In this document: in pieces, positions 10,935 through 20,655 of the stretch | How the letters are laid out: the number at the start of each line of letters is the position of its first letter | How positions within the stretch are numbered: position 1 is the stretch's first letter | Assembly (NCBI GenBank): GCA_039794845.1 | Contig: JAUQVK010000084.1 | Coordinates: 1-64,000 of the forward strand | Source of the DNA: Thermostichus sp. DRC_bins_24 | GTDB lineage: Bacteria; Cyanobacteriota; Cyanobacteriia; Thermostichales; Thermostichaceae | Length of the DNA stretch: 64,000 nt | Direction of reading: 5' to 3' | Position numbers and translations under genes: made by a program | Notes under the pieces: model-generated | Told to the model about the DNA's origin: nothing | The model's database searches: none | The model's input: the letters and a program-made list of their open reading frames with translations, nothing else

Positions 10935-11246
10935 TTACTGAACAATGGCGAGGATATCCCGCTCCGCCAGCAGCACATACTCATCGCTGCCCAGCTTGAC
11001 TTCGGTTCCGGCGTACTTGGAGTAAAGCACCTTGTCGCCTGCTTTCACTTCCATCGCCACCAGCTTGCCATCGTCATTGCGCTTGCCGGGGCCAACAGCG
11101 GCTACTTCTCCCACTTGGGGCTTTTCTTTGGCGGTGTCCGGCAGGAAGATCCCACCGGCGGTTTTCTCGTCCTGCTGGGCAATTTTGACCAGTACACGGT
11201 CGCCCAAAGGCTTCAGTGTAGAAACATTAAGAGCTACTGCAGCCAT
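10935..11246 (-). CDS. groS: Co-chaperonin GroES
   Basis: [28 protein letters not shown]. Confidence 0.98.
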   Translation of the reverse strand: MAAVALNVSTLKPLGDRVLVKIAQQDEKTAGGIFLPDTAKEKPQVGEVAAVGPGKRNDDGKLVAMEVKAGDKVLYSKYAGTEVKLGSDEYVLLAERDILAIVQ

Positions 11247-11325
11247 GACAAATGTCCTCCGTGATGCCTAAAGCACGAAGCTGAAGGGTTTTGAGTTTGA
11301 ACGTAAGCTTGCGTAAATCGAAGCT

Positions 11326-11352
11326 TTAGCACTCTCGACTTACGAGTGCTAG
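11326..11352. promoter_or_regulatory. CIRCE element (HrcA operator)
   Basis: TTAGCACTC-N9-GAGTGCTAG, one mismatch to consensus, upstream of groES. Confidence 0.95.
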
Positions 11353-11479
11353 TTTATCAGTCTGCTTTCTGGCCTGACAATAGCTCCTGTTGGCGGGATC
11401 CCCCTTTTCATCGGTACGGTTGGGTACGGATCCCCCTACTTTTGTGGGATCATGGCCGAGGCGGGTTTGAGACCAGGAT

Positions 11480-12286
11480 GTGCGGATCCCGTTTTTTCAG
11501 GTGGATGCCTTTACCCAGGTCCGGTTTGGCGGCAATCCGGCGGCGGTGTGTTTGCTGAGTGAAGGGTTACCAGATCCGCTGCTGCAGAACATTGCGGCGG
11601 AAAATAACTTGTCGGAAACGGCTTTTTTGCTGCCCCAGGGATCGGGATCCCAGGGAGCCGCTTTACAGTACGGGCTGCGTTGGTTTACCCCCACCACAGA
11701 GGTGGATCTGTGTGGCCATGCCACCCTAGCCAGTGCCCATGTGCTCTTCACTCAGGTGCATCCCCAGGCGGAGGAGGTGGTGTTTTCTACGCGGAGTGGC
11801 CGGTTGCAGGTGCGGCGGCGGCGGGAGCAACTGGTTATGGATTTTCCCACCCAACCGATGAAGCCTTGGCCGGAGGCGCTAGAACGTGTGACGGCGGCTT
11901 TGGGGGTTGTCCCTCTGGAACTGTATCGCGGCGGTATGGGGTTAGCTGTCTTAAACTCCCCCCAACAGGTGTGCCAGCTACAGCCGGATATGGCCAAGAT
12001 TCAGGCCCTCGCCAGCACCGGCTTGATCGTGACGGCCCCCGGAGATGAGCAGGATTTTGTCTCTCGCTTCTTTGCCCCCCAACTGGGGATCCCTGAGGAT
12101 CCGGTGACGGGATCTGCCCATTGCCTCCTAATTCCCTATTGGGCCCGGCGGTTGGGCAAGTCTGAACTGACGGCTCACCAGGTTTCCGCCCGTAGGGGTG
12201 AGTTGTTCTGTCGAGATCTCGGATCCCGTGTGGAGATCGCCGGACAGGCCGTGCTGGTGATCGCGGGAGAGATGTGGCTGGAATAG
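11480..12286 (+). CDS. PhzF family isomerase/epimerase
   Basis: VDAF-GNPAAV, SETAF, EVDLCGHATLA, EDPVTGSAHC. Confidence 0.93.
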   Translation: MRIPFFQVDAFTQVRFGGNPAAVCLLSEGLPDPLLQNIAAENNLSETAFLLPQGSGSQGAALQYGLRWFTPTTEVDLCGHATLASAHVLFTQVHPQAEEVVFSTRSGRLQVRRRREQLVMDFPTQPMKPWPEALERVTAALGVVPLELYRGGMGLAVLNSPQQVCQLQPDMAKIQALASTGLIVTAPGDEQDFVSRFFAPQLGIPEDPVTGSAHCLLIPYWARRLGKSELTAHQVSARRGELFCRDLGSRVEIAGQAVLVIAGEMWLE

Positions 12287-12368
12287 GGCCAAATCGAAAG
12301 CACCCCAGAAGGCTCTGAGGTGCCGATCGCCAGGGTCAACCTGGATCGAGCGGGAATGGATCCCGTCG

Positions 12369-13352
12369 TTAGCCGAGGATCTCGGCCGCCTGAATCAACT
12401 CCACCTGCTTCTTCTTCATCACCAGCATCACCTGGGCGATAAACACTGCCGCTAAGAAAGCCAGCAGCCATTTCACCCGGTCGGGGCTTTGCAGCACCAG
12501 ATCTCGCTCCACCTGTCCAAATCCGCCCACATTGGGGTTGTTGGTGATGGGATCCCCCTCCTTGACGCTGTCGCCGAGGTTGATCAACAACTCCGGCCCA
12601 GGGGGCAACACCAGGTATTGGGGGCCATTTTCCGTCTCGAAGCTGAGCACCCGCGTTCCGGGCAGCTCATACTCCGGCGGCACCAAACTGGCCAAATCGG
12701 CAGGCAGATCGCTGATATCCGACTCGATCAGAGCGACGCTGGTCAAACGCCCGGTTGCCGGAGCTCGGAAGACATTATTGTTGCTGAGGCTGCCATCGGG
12801 GTTAAGTTGGCCCCGACCCCGGTTGGCTCCCACGAACACCTTGTACTTCATAAAGGCCACCGAGGGATCCTCTGCCGGATCGGGGGCAACCACCGGGAAG
12901 ACAATTTCCTGGTGGTCTTCGCCCGCCAACGGCCCCACCAAGAGAATGTGCGGCTTATCGTCACTGTAGGGGGTGATGTAGGTTTCGGCGGTCTCTTGCC
13001 GCTGTTCTTCGGTCATTTCCTCCTCGGTGGCAAGGCGGAAGCCCTCCGGCAATACCACCACAGCCCCCACATTCAATCCACCTTTGCTGCCATCCCCCAG
13101 CACCTGCTGCTTGCTCAGGTCATAGGGGATCCCGACTTTGATGTCGAACACCTGACCGGGGGTAACCGCCTGGGGCACCTCGGCCCGGGTGGGCATGGCA
13201 TTCAAGTGACAGTTGGCACAGACAATTTTTCCGGTCGCTTCACGAGGGGTTTCGTAGGCCATTTGGGCGTAGTAGGGGAAGGCCGCCGCCGGACGGCTTC
13301 CGATCCCCAATAGCAACAACAGCGCGCACAGGGCCAAGCAAATTCGCTTCAT
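12369..13352 (-). CDS. petA: Apocytochrome f
   Basis: PREATGKIVCANCH heme motif, NRGRGQ, NPNVGGFGQ, C-terminal TM helix then KKKQ. Confidence 0.97.
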   Translation of the reverse strand: MKRICLALCALLLLLGIGSRPAAAFPYYAQMAYETPREATGKIVCANCHLNAMPTRAEVPQAVTPGQVFDIKVGIPYDLSKQQVLGDGSKGGLNVGAVVVLPEGFRLATEEEMTEEQRQETAETYITPYSDDKPHILLVGPLAGEDHQEIVFPVVAPDPAEDPSVAFMKYKVFVGANRGRGQLNPDGSLSNNNVFRAPATGRLTSVALIESDISDLPADLASLVPPEYELPGTRVLSFETENGPQYLVLPPGPELLINLGDSVKEGDPITNNPNVGGFGQVERDLVLQSPDRVKWLLAFLAAVFIAQVMLVMKKKQVELIQAAEILG

Positions 13353-13471
13353 ATCTCGGCTCAGAATCTCAAAGGGGTTCGCATCAGCAGAAAATCACAC
13401 TCTCGTAAAGTTAGGTTGCCGACTCAGCCCCGGCTCTCAGCTGGTGAGTGCTTGGCTGAGGTCAGCCTGCC

Positions 13472-13990
13472 TCAGGCATCGCGGAAGTCAGGTCCCTGCC
13501 AGGGACTGAAGCGAATGTTGTCGCCATCCACGGTGGCGCTCACCAGCTCCAGCGAGCGTGGGGCAGGCCCCCGCACCACCTTGCCGTTGGCCGCATACTG
13601 GGATCCATGGCAGGGGCACTTAAACAGGTTTTCCCCCACATTCCAGGGCACCACACAGCCCAGGTGGGTACAGACGGCGTTGAGGCCATAGTTGGCGATG
13701 GATCCGTCGTTAATAACAATGTAGGTGGGATCCCCTTTCAAGCCCTGGGCCAACACCCGATCCGTACTGGCATGGGTGGCCAGCAGCTCGCTGACGCTCA
13801 CCGCCTTGCCCAGGGCATCTTGAGCCAACAGCCCCTCACCGGCTCCACCCGAAGAGGGCGGGATAAAGTACTTCACCACTGGGTAGAGGGCACCCAGCAC
13901 CACAACCCCCACGGAGCCACTCAGTAGGGCATTCATGAAGGCGCGTCGGCCCATGGAGGGCGCTTCAAAGTTGCTAACCGCTTCCGTCAT
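13472..13990 (-). CDS. petC: Cytochrome b6f Rieske iron-sulfur subunit
   Basis: CTHLGC and CPCHGS motifs; Tat RR leader; upstream of petA. Confidence 0.97.
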   Translation of the reverse strand: MTEAVSNFEAPSMGRRAFMNALLSGSVGVVVLGALYPVVKYFIPPSSGGAGEGLLAQDALGKAVSVSELLATHASTDRVLAQGLKGDPTYIVINDGSIANYGLNAVCTHLGCVVPWNVGENLFKCPCHGSQYAANGKVVRGPAPRSLELVSATVDGDNIRFSPWQGPDFRDA

Positions 13991-14073
13991 AATGGCGAGT
14001 GCAGACCTGAGATCGTCTTAATGTTCGTTGATAAACGAGTTCATCCTAACTGACCCCTCTGGCCAATATCGTT

Positions 14074-14097
14074 AAGAAATACAACAAGAAATACAAC
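14074..14097. repeat. 12-bp tandem direct repeat in the petC/DUF3067 divergent promoter region
   Basis: AAGAAATACAAC x2. Confidence 0.85.
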
Positions 14098-14140
14098 AGC
14101 TTGCCCTTGAGTGGGCCGCGACAACAATGGGCAAAACCTG

Positions 14141-14458
14141 ATGACGGGATCCGACTTTCAAGCTTTGCTGCAGACCAAGTGGGGCCATTCCTACGATGTG
14201 CAGCTGCGGCGTATCAACCAAAGGGTGGTGTTACTGGTGATGTGGCGCTACCTGGAGCAGCCCTCGTTCCCCATGAGCGAGGCGGAGTATCTTGCCCACC
14301 TAGAGGCAGTATTGGCCCATCTGCGGGCTTGGGGGGTCTGGGAAGCGGTTCAAAGGGAAATCGAAGCCACCCGCCAAAAACCCCGCATGGGCAAGGCGGT
14401 GGCGATTCCCCTCGATTTGCAAAGCCTGGGAGAACGAGCTTCTGAGTGGCTGCTGTGA
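14141..14458 (+). CDS. DUF3067 family protein
   Basis: KWG-SYDVQL...MWRYLEQ-SFP-SE-EY...PR-GKAV-IPL. Confidence 0.85.
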   Translation: MTGSDFQALLQTKWGHSYDVQLRRINQRVVLLVMWRYLEQPSFPMSEAEYLAHLEAVLAHLRAWGVWEAVQREIEATRQKPRMGKAVAIPLDLQSLGERASEWLL

Positions 14459-14473
14459 GGGATCCACTCCCCT

Positions 14474-15733
14474 TCAAACCGACACCAGACCGGCTCCGAC
14501 GGCATCCAAAAATTGGCGGGCGGTGCGCCCGGAAAACCCATTTTGCTGTTGAGCCCAGATCAAGGCTTGGCGACGTAGAGCTTCTGGGTCGTGGGCTAGG
14601 CCCAGCCTATCTGCCAGGTGGGCAATCGTGGCAAAGTAATCCGCTTGGGTGAAGGGGGTGAAGGTGAGGGTGAGGCCAAAGCGATCCCGCAGCGATAGCT
14701 TTTCCTGCACCGTGTCCCAGGCGTGTACCTCTGGGTCATCGGGGTTGGGCCGATCCGGGAAAAACTCCCGAATCAAATGGCGACGGTTGGTGGTGGCATA
14801 CAGGCGCACATTCGGGGGTTGGGCGGCAATATCCCCCTCCAGGAGCACCTTCAGCTGCTTAAACTCCGTTTCATCCGCCTCAAACGAAAGATCGTCCACA
14901 AACAGAATGAAGGGCAGCACCCGCTCCCGCAAATCCGGCAAAATGTCCGGCAAGTGGATCAACTCGGAACGGTTCAGCTCCAATAGGCGCAATCCCTGCC
15001 CACCGTAGCGACCGAGCAGCGCCTTCACCAGCGAAGACTTCCCCGTGCCGCGTGCCCCGTAGAGCAACACATGCAAGGCCGACCGGCCCTGAATCAAGGC
15101 TTCGGTATTGGCTGCCAGCCGCTGTTTTTGCCGTTCATTGCCGTAAATCCAATCCCAATCCGGCAAATCGGGAGTTGGGATCCCTTGTAACCCCGCCGGG
15201 CCCCAGCGAAACGCCCAATACTGCCCGCACAGCCCCACCCCTGCCTGACGGTAATGGGTGATCAGCTCCTCCAGGCTCAGCCCCCAATCGGCAAAGCGGC
15301 GCGGATCCCAGCCATTGCCCGCCTCTCCATCCGGCCAGTGGATCCCCAAGCCCAAGGCCTGTACCTGCTCCCAGATCGCCTCTTGGCTATCCGCAAGGAC
15401 TTGTAGGCACTGCAAATCATGAGAGGCAGCCTGTCGCAACGGGGCCGGGATCCCGGTTGACCCCAAGGCGGCCCGCGAAAAAGGGTTATCCGATAGGCGC
15501 ACTTCTTGAATCAGCCATTCCCGCCAACTTAAGTGCCGCTGGGCCAGCAACTCAAACCAACGGCCATAGGCGGCCAAACACCGCAAGGGATCCCCTTCCG
15601 CCAACCGCTGCATCAGCTCCTGCCAGGCCAGGGCAACGGGATGGGCAAGAATGCCCCGAAACACCAGCAGCTCAGCCGCGGCCTCCTCAGCCTCCTGCAG
15701 TCGCGTCAGCGTTGGAGAACAACAAGCCGTCAT
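14474..15733 (-). CDS. AAA+ ATPase, DUF815 family
   Basis: GARGTGKSS, FVDDLSFE, YATTNRRHL, EKLSL-DRFGL, SGRTARQF. Confidence 0.9.
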   Translation of the reverse strand: MTACCSPTLTRLQEAEEAAAELLVFRGILAHPVALAWQELMQRLAEGDPLRCLAAYGRWFELLAQRHLSWREWLIQEVRLSDNPFSRAALGSTGIPAPLRQAASHDLQCLQVLADSQEAIWEQVQALGLGIHWPDGEAGNGWDPRRFADWGLSLEELITHYRQAGVGLCGQYWAFRWGPAGLQGIPTPDLPDWDWIYGNERQKQRLAANTEALIQGRSALHVLLYGARGTGKSSLVKALLGRYGGQGLRLLELNRSELIHLPDILPDLRERVLPFILFVDDLSFEADETEFKQLKVLLEGDIAAQPPNVRLYATTNRRHLIREFFPDRPNPDDPEVHAWDTVQEKLSLRDRFGLTLTFTPFTQADYFATIAHLADRLGLAHDPEALRRQALIWAQQQNGFSGRTARQFLDAVGAGLVSV

Positions 15734-16077
15734 GATCCCTCATCCTCGGAAGAGCCGCGCCGGCTATCCCGGCGGCCCAATTCGTACAAGCCACCACTGA
15801 CACAAGCGATCAACCCGCAAGACACCCCCCAGCTTTTCCCCAGAGAGATCTCCGTCAGCGCCACCACCACCGCCGCTCCCAGCAAAAAAGGCGCCAAACT
15901 CAGCAACGAGGCCAAAGCCCCGGTCGGATCAAACGTCAGTTGTTGTTCCCAGCCCTCCTGCAACCGCCGGTGCAGCGGCGAAAAGCCCCACATCAGCCCC
16001 AAACACCACAGGGCCACACCCGCCCACAACGAGGGGCGAATCATCTCCCAAGGCACAGCAAAAACAACGGGATTCAT
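15730..16077 (-). CDS. Hypothetical membrane protein
   Basis: Three hydrophobic segments ending YELGRRD; ATGA overlap with the DUF815 gene. Confidence 0.75.
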   Translation of the reverse strand: MNPVVFAVPWEMIRPSLWAGVALWCLGLMWGFSPLHRRLQEGWEQQLTFDPTGALASLLSLAPFLLGAAVVVALTEISLGKSWGVSCGLIACVSGGLYELGRRDSRRGSSEDEGS

Positions 16078-16114
16078 AAGCGAACTCTACGGCGGGAATG
16101 CTCCCTATCCTAGG

Positions 16115-17986
16115 CTATCGGGATTCCGCCCATTCGGTGGCGGTGATCGTGGTGCCGGGGAATTGGATCGGGTTACCCAAGCTCTGGATCTGCGCCTGCA
16201 ACGCCGGTAAAAGTTGCAAATCCAAAAGGGGCTCCTGCGTAATCTCCGCCGGGATCAGATCCCGCTCGAGGGCAAAGTGGGCGGTATGCCCGGCCGCCGT
16301 GCCGATGGCCCACTCCACCGGATGCACCCGGTAGGAGCCGCTGGCAATGCGACTGGTGGCGATGTTTTTATTGCCCGCCAAAAGATTATCCACCCGCTGC
16401 GGGATCAGGGCGCGCAAGGGGATCTGGTAGGGGAAGCTGGGGGCCTGCGAGTCCTTGTTGTTGCTGGGGGGCAGGGAAAAATCCGGCAACAGGCAGTCGT
16501 GAAAATCAATCGGGTACTGGCCCACCCCCACCGAGTCGTAAAAAATAAAGGGGCGACCGCGGTTCAGCTCCGACTCGCGGGTGGTGATATCCGACTCGTA
16601 AATGGTGAACCCCTCTGGGTAGGCTTTGCTGGGACGCCCGATAATCCGACGGGATTCACGGATGTAGGGATACTTGGAAAGGCCACTGGCCGTACCCATG
16701 GGGCTATCAAACCCCTGCATATAGCCGTAGCGCAGGTAGTAATCCTTCTGAAAATCCGGATCCTCCTGCTGCAGCAGAAAATCCGTTGTCCCCGCCACCA
16801 GCCAGTAGAAAAATCCCTGGGCGTGTTGTTCTCCTCGCAGCAGCGATTCCGGGCGCAACCCCCCCAGCCATCCCCCCGGCTCCAACTGTCCAGAGGCCTG
16901 CAGCTGCTCGTGGGTGAGAATGAAATTTTTGTCTGGCCCCGTGATCCGCCAGTCGTTGCCCCAGGTCCAGTTCTGCATGGATTGATCCCCCACCCGGATG
17001 GCCTCTTCCCCAAAGCCAAAGACTTGTCCCCAGATGCGCCGGTAGGTAAATACCAACGGGAAATTAAAACGGGGATGCTCGAAGCTGTAGTACGGGCCAT
17101 GCAGTGGGTCATCGTAAAACTCCGGCCTCACGGGCAATTGCGGCAAGGGCAACCGCTCCATAACAAAGGTGTAGGTGAAGCCCTGGGTGCAGTAGGGATC
17201 CTCGTAGGGCTTGGAACTGGGTTCCCAACGGTTTTCTCCGTCGGGGCCTAGTCGGTAGGGCACCCGCGCCAGAGGCAGTAGCTCGCCGGTTTCGGTGGCA
17301 TCGATCACCATCCAGGGCAGGGTTTGGCTGCGGCGATCGGGGGGCGGCTGGAAGCGCAGGATCTCCTTGTCCCAATCTGCGGTGGGTTCCAGGCTGTAAA
17401 AATCCAAGAAAAAGCTGGAGAGATCCCCCCGCTGCTCCGGCTCGACCCCAGCATGTTTGGGGATATTGCGGATGGCTTGCACGCTGCGGATCTGGTTGTC
17501 TCGCACCTCCAAATCCTTGACCACCGTTTCCGTGAACAGTTGCAACTGCCCCGCCTGCAGATAGGGATCCAACATCTGGCGGATCACCTGATGGCCCACC
17601 TGCGGTGAAAAACACAGCACACTCACCCAGCACTTGCCCGGATTTGGATCCCCGCCATACTCCGCCCGTACCCGCTGGCGAAACTCGCTGTAGCCCCTGG
17701 GGAAGATGTCATTTTCCCGTTGCAAAGGCCGCTCATCCAGCGCCGACACCCCCTGGGCACTCACCTGGCCGCCGATCCAATCGGTGATCTCCGTCATGCA
17801 CACTTGGCGTCCCAGTTGTAGGGCATCGTAGGCGGCTGCCACCCCCCCCAGTCCGCCACCCGCAATGAAGATCTCGCAGGTCACCGGAGTTTCCGGCAAA
17901 GCTCCCCCAGAAGGTTGAGCCACCCCCGCCCCCGAGCCGAGGATCCCCAGCCCCAGCACCACACCGCCCCACGCTTGAAGTTTCAT
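16115..17986 (-). CDS. Exported FAD-dependent oxidoreductase
   Basis: Signal-peptide-like N-terminus, IAGGGLGGVAAA, DATETG, YIRESRRI, FQ/YQIPLRALIP motifs. Confidence 0.85.
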   Translation of the reverse strand: MKLQAWGGVVLGLGILGSGAGVAQPSGGALPETPVTCEIFIAGGGLGGVAAAYDALQLGRQVCMTEITDWIGGQVSAQGVSALDERPLQRENDIFPRGYSEFRQRVRAEYGGDPNPGKCWVSVLCFSPQVGHQVIRQMLDPYLQAGQLQLFTETVVKDLEVRDNQIRSVQAIRNIPKHAGVEPEQRGDLSSFFLDFYSLEPTADWDKEILRFQPPPDRRSQTLPWMVIDATETGELLPLARVPYRLGPDGENRWEPSSKPYEDPYCTQGFTYTFVMERLPLPQLPVRPEFYDDPLHGPYYSFEHPRFNFPLVFTYRRIWGQVFGFGEEAIRVGDQSMQNWTWGNDWRITGPDKNFILTHEQLQASGQLEPGGWLGGLRPESLLRGEQHAQGFFYWLVAGTTDFLLQQEDPDFQKDYYLRYGYMQGFDSPMGTASGLSKYPYIRESRRIIGRPSKAYPEGFTIYESDITTRESELNRGRPFIFYDSVGVGQYPIDFHDCLLPDFSLPPSNNKDSQAPSFPYQIPLRALIPQRVDNLLAGNKNIATSRIASGSYRVHPVEWAIGTAAGHTAHFALERDLIPAEITQEPLLDLQLLPALQAQIQSLGNPIQFPGTTITATEWAESR

Positions 17987-18101
17987 CCTGGCCTTTCCTC
18001 CACACACCCAGCCTTTTCAGGCTAGACGGATTTGGGCCACTTGAGGATCCCGAGAAGACCCAAGCGAGAGAAGAACTTGGCTGTGCAGAACACGACTACA
18101 C

Positions 18102-18359
18102 CTAGGGCTTGACGCGCCTTAATTCTTCTCGCAGCACTCTCCGCAAGGTGGCTTCTAGAGGTTCACGGTTTTGCTGAATGTATTGACGCAAAGCCTCGTT
18201 AATTAGGGTTTGATAGTTCCCTCCGCCCGCCTCATGAACCTGCTCTCGAAACCAGTTCAGGATCTCATTGTCTAGCCGGATGGTAATGCGAGTTTTCCCC
18301 GCCAAGGTTGAATCAACAGCTCCTCTCTTCCCCTGGCTGAAATCATATTCTGCTTCCAT
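18102..18359 (-). CDS. BrnA family antitoxin
   Basis: MEAEYDFSQGKRG...KTRITIRLD-EIL-WF...YQTLINEALR; start reassigned to ATG 18359. Confidence 0.88.
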   Translation of the reverse strand: MEAEYDFSQGKRGAVDSTLAGKTRITIRLDNEILNWFREQVHEAGGGNYQTLINEALRQYIQQNREPLEATLRRVLREELRRVKP

Positions 18360-18633
18360 CACGACCCCTCCTCGTACTGCTGTTGCTCTTTTCGAGTTGC
18401 CTTGCGAGCAGAAATCAGGCGAATGTCTTCCCCGCGCATGGTGTAGACCACCCCACCACCAAGAGTCTGCCCAGTCCATCCATGCCCAATGTGACCCACC
18501 GATCTTCCTCATAGCCATCCTCGGAAAGGGTGATAGCCCAGTCATCTGAAAAGACAGAGACCGCATCTGCAAAATCAATGCCGTGTTTGCGCAGGTTCGC
18601 TTTTGCTTTGCTGGGATCCCATTGATAGGCCAT
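18359..18633 (-). pseudogene. BrnT family toxin, frameshifted
   Basis: WD--KA--N--KHGIDF-DA N-terminus; after LLVV (about 18450) the conserved VYTMRGEDIRLISARKAT continues in another frame to a TGA that overlaps the brnA ATG. Confidence 0.85.
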
Positions 18634-18723
18634 GACTGCATATATGTACTATTGCATGCACAATACTGAAAGATTCAGCCTTCTGGCAGCCCTTATCATG
18701 GGAGAACGCATCGCAGATGGTTC

Positions 18724-20271
18724 ATGCCGGATCCCACGTTTGTCATCACCACCCCGATCTACTACGTCAACGCTGCCCCTCACATCGGCAGTGCCTACAC
18801 CACCCTGATCGCGGATGCCATTGCCCGTTACCATCGCCTACGCGGCCAAGACGTACTCATGGTGACGGGTACCGACGAACACGGCCAGAAAATCCAACGT
18901 ACCGCCGAGGAACGCGGGATCCCGCCGCAGCAACACTGTGACGAACTGTCCGCCGAGTTTGTCAAGCTCTGGCAACTCCTGAATATCCGCTATGACCGCT
19001 TCATCCGCACCACGGATCCCCGCCACAAAGCCATCGTGCGGGAATTTTTTCAGCGGGTTTGGCAGCAGGGGGATATTGTCACCGGGCGGCAACAGGGTTG
19101 GTACTGTGTGTCTTGCGAAGAGTTCAAAGATGCAGAGGAGCTGCTGGAAGGGGGATTCTGTCCCCTTCACCCCAACAAAAAAGTGGAATGGAAAGACGAA
19201 GAGAACTACTTCTTCCGCCTCTCCCGCTACCAAGACAAGCTAGAAACCCTCTACACTGAGCACCCCGAGTTTATTCAGCCCGACAGCCGCCGCAACGAGG
19301 TGCTTAGTTTTGTCAAGCAGGGCTTGCGCGACTTTTCCATCTCTCGGCCTAGCGTCTCCTGGGGGATCCCCTTCCCGACGGATCCCAGCCAAACCATCTA
19401 TGTGTGGTTCGATGCCCTGATCAACTACCTCAGCGCCGCTTTGGATCCCGCCGATGAGCCCACCCTAGACCATGCCCTACGCCGTTACTGGCCTGCGGAT
19501 GTACATTTGGTGGGCAAAGATATCGTTCGGTTTCACGCCATTTATTGGCCGGCCATGCTCATGTCTGCCGGGTTGCCACTGCCCAAACAGATATTCGGCC
19601 ATGGTTTTCTCACCAAAGACGGTCTGAAAATGGGCAAAAGCCTGGGCAACACGGTGGATCCCTTTGAGTTGACCGCCCAATATGGCCCCGATGCGGTGCG
19701 CTACTATTTTCTGACCGAAATTGAGCTGGGCAAAGATGGGGATTTTAGCGAGAGCCGCTTTATCGATGTGCTCAATGCCGATCTGGCCAACGATCTGGGC
19801 AACCTGCTCAACCGCACCCTCAACATGCTCAAGAAATACCGGGACTACCGCATTCCCACCGTTGGGATCCCTGCCGATAACCCCCTCAAAACCTTGGCGG
19901 AAACCCTCACCCCCCTGGTGGCGAATGCTTACGAGCGGTTGGATCTCAGCTCTGCGGCCCGGAAAACCCTCAGCTTGGCCCAGGCCAGCAACAAATACCT
20001 GGATGAACAGGCCCCCTGGACGCTGCACAAGCAAGGGGAAAGCGAAAAGGTGGCCCAAATCCTTTACGCCGTGCTGGAAAGTGTGCGCTGGGTGGCGGTG
20101 TTGCTCTCCCCTTTGGTGCCAGATCTCAGCCTGAAAATCTTGCAACAGCTGGGGTTTACCCTCACCGATGTCACCCAATTGCGCTGGGATCCCGATACCC
20201 AATGGGGACAACTTCCCCCCGAGCAGGAGCCACAGCCCCCCACTCCGGTCTTTCAGAGAATACTCAAATAG
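18724..20271 (+). CDS. metG: Methionine-tRNA ligase
   Basis: ITTPIYY-N-PHIG, GTDEHG, YVWFDAL, KMGKS. Confidence 0.97.
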   Translation: MPDPTFVITTPIYYVNAAPHIGSAYTTLIADAIARYHRLRGQDVLMVTGTDEHGQKIQRTAEERGIPPQQHCDELSAEFVKLWQLLNIRYDRFIRTTDPRHKAIVREFFQRVWQQGDIVTGRQQGWYCVSCEEFKDAEELLEGGFCPLHPNKKVEWKDEENYFFRLSRYQDKLETLYTEHPEFIQPDSRRNEVLSFVKQGLRDFSISRPSVSWGIPFPTDPSQTIYVWFDALINYLSAALDPADEPTLDHALRRYWPADVHLVGKDIVRFHAIYWPAMLMSAGLPLPKQIFGHGFLTKDGLKMGKSLGNTVDPFELTAQYGPDAVRYYFLTEIELGKDGDFSESRFIDVLNADLANDLGNLLNRTLNMLKKYRDYRIPTVGIPADNPLKTLAETLTPLVANAYERLDLSSAARKTLSLAQASNKYLDEQAPWTLHKQGESEKVAQILYAVLESVRWVAVLLSPLVPDLSLKILQQLGFTLTDVTQLRWDPDTQWGQLPPEQEPQPPTPVFQRILK

Positions 20272-20458
20272 GTTTCTGTCGGGGAAATGGGCAATAGCGG
20301 CAAAGCCTGATGTTGCAGATCTAGCTCAATGCCCAGCGCTTCCAAAGGGATCACCCCAACGAGCGAAACCCCCTTTCCTCCAGGATTTGGTCGGCACGGT
20401 TGATCACCGTCAGGGTTGTGACTATTTTCCCCACGGGCACATTCTCAAGCACTTGCAT
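20253..20458 (-). pseudogene. Internally deleted clan-AA (retropepsin-like) aspartyl protease remnant
   Basis: N-terminal MQVLENVPVGKIVTTLTVINRADQILEERGF joined out of frame to C-terminal LVGVIPLEALGIELDLQHQAL...TYLSIL*; the central DTG region is missing. Confidence 0.6.
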
Positions 20459-20533
20459 GACTTATCCTTTCATCAACCTGAGTTCACGCTAGCAAGGAGA
20501 TCCCGTTCTTAATTTTTCGCCTGAGGGAGGATC

Positions 20534-20655
20534 CCTCTGCCCGGTCAGGATTGGTCTCAATAAAGATGGAGAGTAGGGAATGGGGAGGCTTCGCCCACGC
20601 ATCCCCGACCTCTGCCCGGTCAGGATTGGTCTCAATAAAGATGGAGAGTAGGGAA
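20534..20655. repeat. 47-bp direct repeat x2 (75-bp period) containing the tRNA-Ala 3' end
   Basis: CCTCTGCCCGGTCAGGATTGGTCTCAATAAAGATGGAGAGTAGGGAA at 20534-20580 and 20609-20655. Confidence 0.95.

Noticed and set aside
11424..11439. K-box-like element upstream of groES
   Set aside because: Two mismatches to the consensus and it overlaps a HIP-like GGATCC, so chance cannot be excluded
16214..17251. 345-aa plus-strand ORF
   Set aside because: Antisense shadow of the FAD oxidoreductase; no recognisable motifs
18360..18641. Long N-terminal extension of BrnA (179-aa ORF)
   Set aside because: An alternative frame over brnT; the antitoxin starts at 18359
20534..20655. CRISPR array
   Set aside because: Only two repeats, derived from the tRNA 3' end, and no cas genes
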